From the NCBI GenBank assembly GCA_012295275.1, contig CM022673.1, positions 30,133,427 through 30,197,426 of the forward strand: DNA of 64,000 bases, read 5' to 3'. The notes beneath the pieces were generated by a model that did no database searches, had not been told where the DNA came from, and saw only the letters and a list, made by a program, of their open reading frames with translations. The position numbers and the translations under genes were made by a program. The stretch is from Chrysomallon squamiferum. Its lineage: Eukaryota; Animalia; Mollusca. Positions within the stretch are counted from its first letter, which is position 1; each line of letters opens with the position of its first letter. This document shows positions 59,645-64,000 of the stretch, one piece after another.

Positions 59645-61030
59645 GGTTAGGGTTAGGGTTAGGAGTTAGGGTTAGGGTTAGGGTTAGGGTTAGGAGTTAG
59701 GATTAGGGTTAGGAGTTAGGGTTAGGGTTAGGGTTAGGGTTAGGGTTAGGGTTAGGGTTAGGGTTAGGGTTAGGGTTAGGGTTAGGGTTAGGGTTAGGGT
59801 TAGGGTTAGGGTTAGGGTTAGGGTTAGGGTTAGGGTTAGGGTTAGGGTTAGGGTTAGGGGTTAGGGTTAGGGTTAAAGTTAGGGTTAGGGTTAGGGTTAG
59901 GGTTAGGTTTAGGGTTAGGAGTTTAGGGTTAGGGTTAGGGTTAAGAGTTAGGAGTTAAGGGTTAGGGTTAGGGTTAGGAGTTAGGAGTTAGGGAGTTAGG
60001 GTTAGGGTTAGGAGGGTTAGGGTTAGGGAGTTAGGAGTTAGGAGTTAGGAGTTAGGAAATTAGGAGTTAGGGGGTTAGGGTTAGGAGTTAGGAGTTAGGA
60101 GGGTTAGGAGTTAGGAGTTAGGGTTAGGGTTAGGGTTAGGGTTAGGAATTTAGGGTTAGGGAGTTAGGAGTTAGGAGTTAGGGGTTAGGTTAGGAGTTAG
60201 GGTTAGGGTTAGGGTTAGGAGGGTTAGTTTAAAGTTTAAGTTAGGAGTTAGGGTTTAGGAGTTAGGAGTTAGGGTTAGGGTTAGGAGTTAGGAGTTAGGA
60301 GTTAGGAGTTAGGGTTAGGGTTAGGAGTTAGGAGTTAGGAGTTAGGAGTTAGGAGTTAGGAGTTAGGAGTTAGGTTAAGTTAGGAGTTAGGAGTTAGGAG
60401 TTAGGAGTTAGGGTTAGGGTTAGGAGTTAGGAGTTAGGAGTTAGGAGTTAGGTTAGGAGTTAGTTAGGTTAGGGAGTTAGGAGTTAGGGAGTTAGGGTTA
60501 GGAGTTAGGAGTTAGGAGTGGAGTTAGGAGTTAGGAGTTAGGGTTAGGGGTTAGGGAGTTAGGAGTTAGGAGTTAGGAGTTAGGAGTTAGGAGTTAGGGT
60601 TAGGGTTAGGAGTTAGGGTTAGGAGTTAGGTTAGGAATTAAAATTAGGTTAAAAGTTAAAATTTAAATTAGGAGTTAGGAGTTAGGGTTAGGAGTTAGGA
60701 GTTAGGGTTAGGGTTAGGAGTTAGGGTTAGGTTAGGAGTTAGGGTTAGGAGTTAGGAGTTAGGAGTTAGGAGTTAGGAGTTAGGGTTAGGAGTTAGGAGT
60801 TAGGAGGAGTTAGGGTTAAAGTTAGGAGTTAGGAGTTAGGAGTTAGGATTAAAATTAGGAGTTAGGAGTTAGGAGTTAAAATTAGGAGTTAAAGTTAGGA
60901 GTTAGGAGTTAGGGGAGTTAGGGTTAGGAGTTAGGGTTAGTTAGGAGTTAGGAGTTAGGAGTTAGGAGTTAGGGTTAGGAGTTAGGAGTTAGGGAATTAG
61001 GAGTTAAAATTAAAATTAAAAGTTAGGAGT
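58716..61030 (+). repeat. Telomeric (TTAGGG)n array, G-strand pointing to the window end, with TTAGGAG variants increasing distally
   Basis: Proximal TTGGGG/TGAGGG variants, mostly TTAGGG to about 59940, then TTAGGAG-dominated. Confidence 0.97.
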
Positions 61031-64000
61031 TTAAAATTAAAATTAAAATTAAAATTAAAATTAAAATTAAAATTAAAATTAAAATTAAAATTAAAATTAA
61101 AATTAAAATTAAAATTAAAATTAAAATTAAAATTAAAATTAAAATTTAGGAGTTAAAATTAAATTAAAAATTAAAATTAAAATTAAAATTAAAATTAAAA
61201 TTAAAAAAATTAAAATTAAAATTAAAATTAAAATTAAAATTAAAATTAAAATTAAAATTAAAATTAAAATTAAAATTAAAATTAAAATTAAAATTAAAAT
61301 TAAAATTAAAATTAAAATTAAAATTAAAATTAAAATTAAAATTAAAATTAAAATTAAAATTAAAATATTAAAATTAAAATTAAAATTAAAATTAAAATTA
61401 AAATTAAAATTAAAATTAAAATTAAAATTAAAATTAAAATTAAAATTAAAATTAAAATTAAAATTAAAATTAAAATTAAAATTAAAATTAAAATTAAAAT
61501 TAAAATTAAAATTAAAATTAAAATTAAAATTAAAATTAAAAATTAAATTAAAATTAAAATTAAAATTAAAATTAAAATTAAAATTAAAATTAAAATTAAA
61601 ATTAAAATTAAAATTAAAATTAAAATTAAAATTAAAATTAAAATTAAAATTAAAATTAAAATTAAAATTAAAATTAAAATTAAAATTAAAATTAAAATTA
61701 AAATTAAAATTAAAATTAAAATTAAAATTAAAATTAAAATTAAAATTAAAATTAAAATTAAAATTAAAATTAAAATTAAAATTAAAATTAAAATTAAAAT
61801 TAAAATTAAAATTAAAATTAAAATTAAAATTAAAATTAAAATTAAAATTAAAATTAAAATTAAAATTAAAATTAAAATTAAAATTAAAATTAAAATTAAA
61901 ATTAAAATTAAAATTAAAATTAAAATTAAAATTAAAATTAAAATTAAAATTAAAATTAAAATTAAAATTAAAATTAAAATTAAAATTAAAATTAAAATTA
62001 AAATTAAAATTAAAATTAAAATTAAAATTAAAATTAAAATTAAAATTAAAATTAAAATTAAAATTAAAATTAAAATTAAAATTAAAATTAAAATTAAAAT
62101 TAAAATTAAAATTAAAATTAAAATTAAAATTAAAATTAAAATTAAAATTAAAATTAAAATTAAAATTAAAATTAAAATTAAAATTAAAAATTAAAATTAA
62201 AATTAAAAAATTAAAATTAAAATTAAAATTAAAATTAAAATTAAAATTAAAATTAAAATTAAAATTAAAATTAAAATTAAAATTAAAATTAAAATTAAAA
62301 TTAAAATTAAAATTAAAATTAAAATTAAAATTAAAATTAAAATTAAAATTTAAAATTAAAATTAAAATTAAAATTAAAATTAAAATTAAAATTAAAATTA
62401 AAATTAAAATTAAAATTAAAATTAAAATTAAAATTAAAATTAAAATTAAAATTAAAATTAAAAATTAAAATTAAAAATTAAAATTAAAATTAAAATTAAA
62501 ATTAAAATTAAAATTAAAATTAAAATTAAAATTAAAATTTAAAATTAAAATTAAAATTAAAATTAAAATTAAAATTAAAATTAAAATTAAAATTAAAATT
62601 AAAATTAAAATTAAAATTAAAATTAAAATTAAAATTAAAATTAAAATTAAAATTAAAATTAAAATTAAAATTAAAATTAAAATTAAAATTAAAATTAAAA
62701 TTAAAATTAAAATTAAAATTAAAATTAAAATTAAAATTAAAATTAAAATTAAAATTAAAATTAAAATTAAAATTAAAATTAAAATTAAAAATTAAAATTA
62801 AAATTAAAATTAAAATTAAAATTAAAATTAAAATTAAAATTAAAATTAAAATTAAAATTAAAATTAAAATTAAAATTAAAATTAAAATTAAAATTAAAAT
62901 TAAAATTAAAATTAAAATTAAAATTAAAATTAAAATTAAAATTAAAATTAAAAATTAAAATTTAAAATTAAAATTAAAATTAAAATTAAAATTAAAATTA
63001 AAATTAAAATTAAAATTAAAATTAAAATTAAAATTAAAATTAAAATTAAAATTAAAATTAAAATTAAAATTAAAATTAAAATTAAAATTAAAATTAAAAT
63101 TAAAATTAAAATTAAAATTAAAATTAAAATTAAAATTAAAATTAAAATTAAAATTAAAATTAAAATTAAAATTAAAATTAAAATTAAAATTAAAATTAAA
63201 AATTAAAATTAAAATTAAAATTAAAATTAAAATTAAAATTAAAATTAAAATTAAAATTAAAATTAAAATTAAAATTAAAATTAAAATTAAAATTAAAATT
63301 AAAATTAAAATTAAAATTAAAAAGTTAAAATTAAAATTAAAATTAAAATTAAAATTTAAAATTAAAATTAAAATTAAAATTAAAATTAAAATTAAAATTA
63401 AAATTAAAATTAAAATTAAAATTAAAATTAAAATTAAAATTAAAATTAAAATTAAAATTAAAATTAAAATTAAAATTAAAATTAAAATTAAAATTAAAAT
63501 TAAAATTAAAATTAAAATTAAAAATTAAAATTAAAATTAAAATTAAAATTAAAATTAAAATTAAAATTAAAATTAAAATTAAAATTAAAATTAAAATTAA
63601 AATTAAAATTAAAATTAAAATTAAAATTAAAATTAAAATTAAAATTAAAATTAAAATTAAAATTAAAATTAAAATTAAAATTAAAATTAAAATTAAAATT
63701 AAAATTAAAATTAAAATTAAAATTAAAATTAAAATTAAAATTAAAATTAAAATTAAAATTAAAATTAAAATTAAAATTAAAATTAAAATTAAAATTAAAA
63801 TTAAAATTAAAATTAAAATTAAAATTAAAATTAAAATTAAAATTAAAATTAAAATTAAAATTAAAATTAAAATTAAAATTAAAATTAAAATTAAAATTAA
63901 AATTAAAATTAAAAATTAAAAAAATTAAAATTAAAATTAAAATTAAAATTAAAATTAAAATTAAAATTAAAATTAAAATTAAAATTAAAATTAAAAATTA
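61031..64000 (+). repeat. (TTAAAA)n array, probably mis-basecalled telomere
   Basis: 6-bp period, continuous with the TTAGGG array; TTAGGG read as TTAAAA is a known nanopore base-calling error. Confidence 0.85.

Overview
This window is AT-rich, microsatellite-dense animal genomic DNA at a chromosome end; a lophotrochozoan-type invertebrate is my inference, not proven. (1) 579-18950(+) holds ten GT-AG coding exons, with consistent reading phase, of a class B1 (secretin-family) GPCR of the CRF/calcitonin/PDF-receptor group. Its 5' exons lie outside the window, and several candidate C-terminal exons extend to about 25.7 kb. (2) 40975-44561(+) is a complete six-exon gene for a 264-aa hedgehog-related (Hog/Hint) precursor with no Hedge domain: signal peptide, a 54-aa peptide with 10 Cys, a GG|CF autocleavage site, a Hint domain and a divergent sterol-recognition region. 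(3) Two partial paralogues of that gene flank it: a half-exon cut by a MULE transposon at 32.3 kb, and two intact exons at 57.6-58.3 kb that end 400 bp before the telomere, so the last exon is missing. (4) Decayed MULE, Tc1/mariner and non-LTR RT remnants, minisatellites and a local duplication are present. (5) A (TTAGGG)n telomere starts at about 58716 and grades through TTAGGAG into (TTAAAA)n, which is most likely a long-read base-calling artefact. All gene models were built by hand from splice sites and reading phase; no database search or RNA evidence was available.
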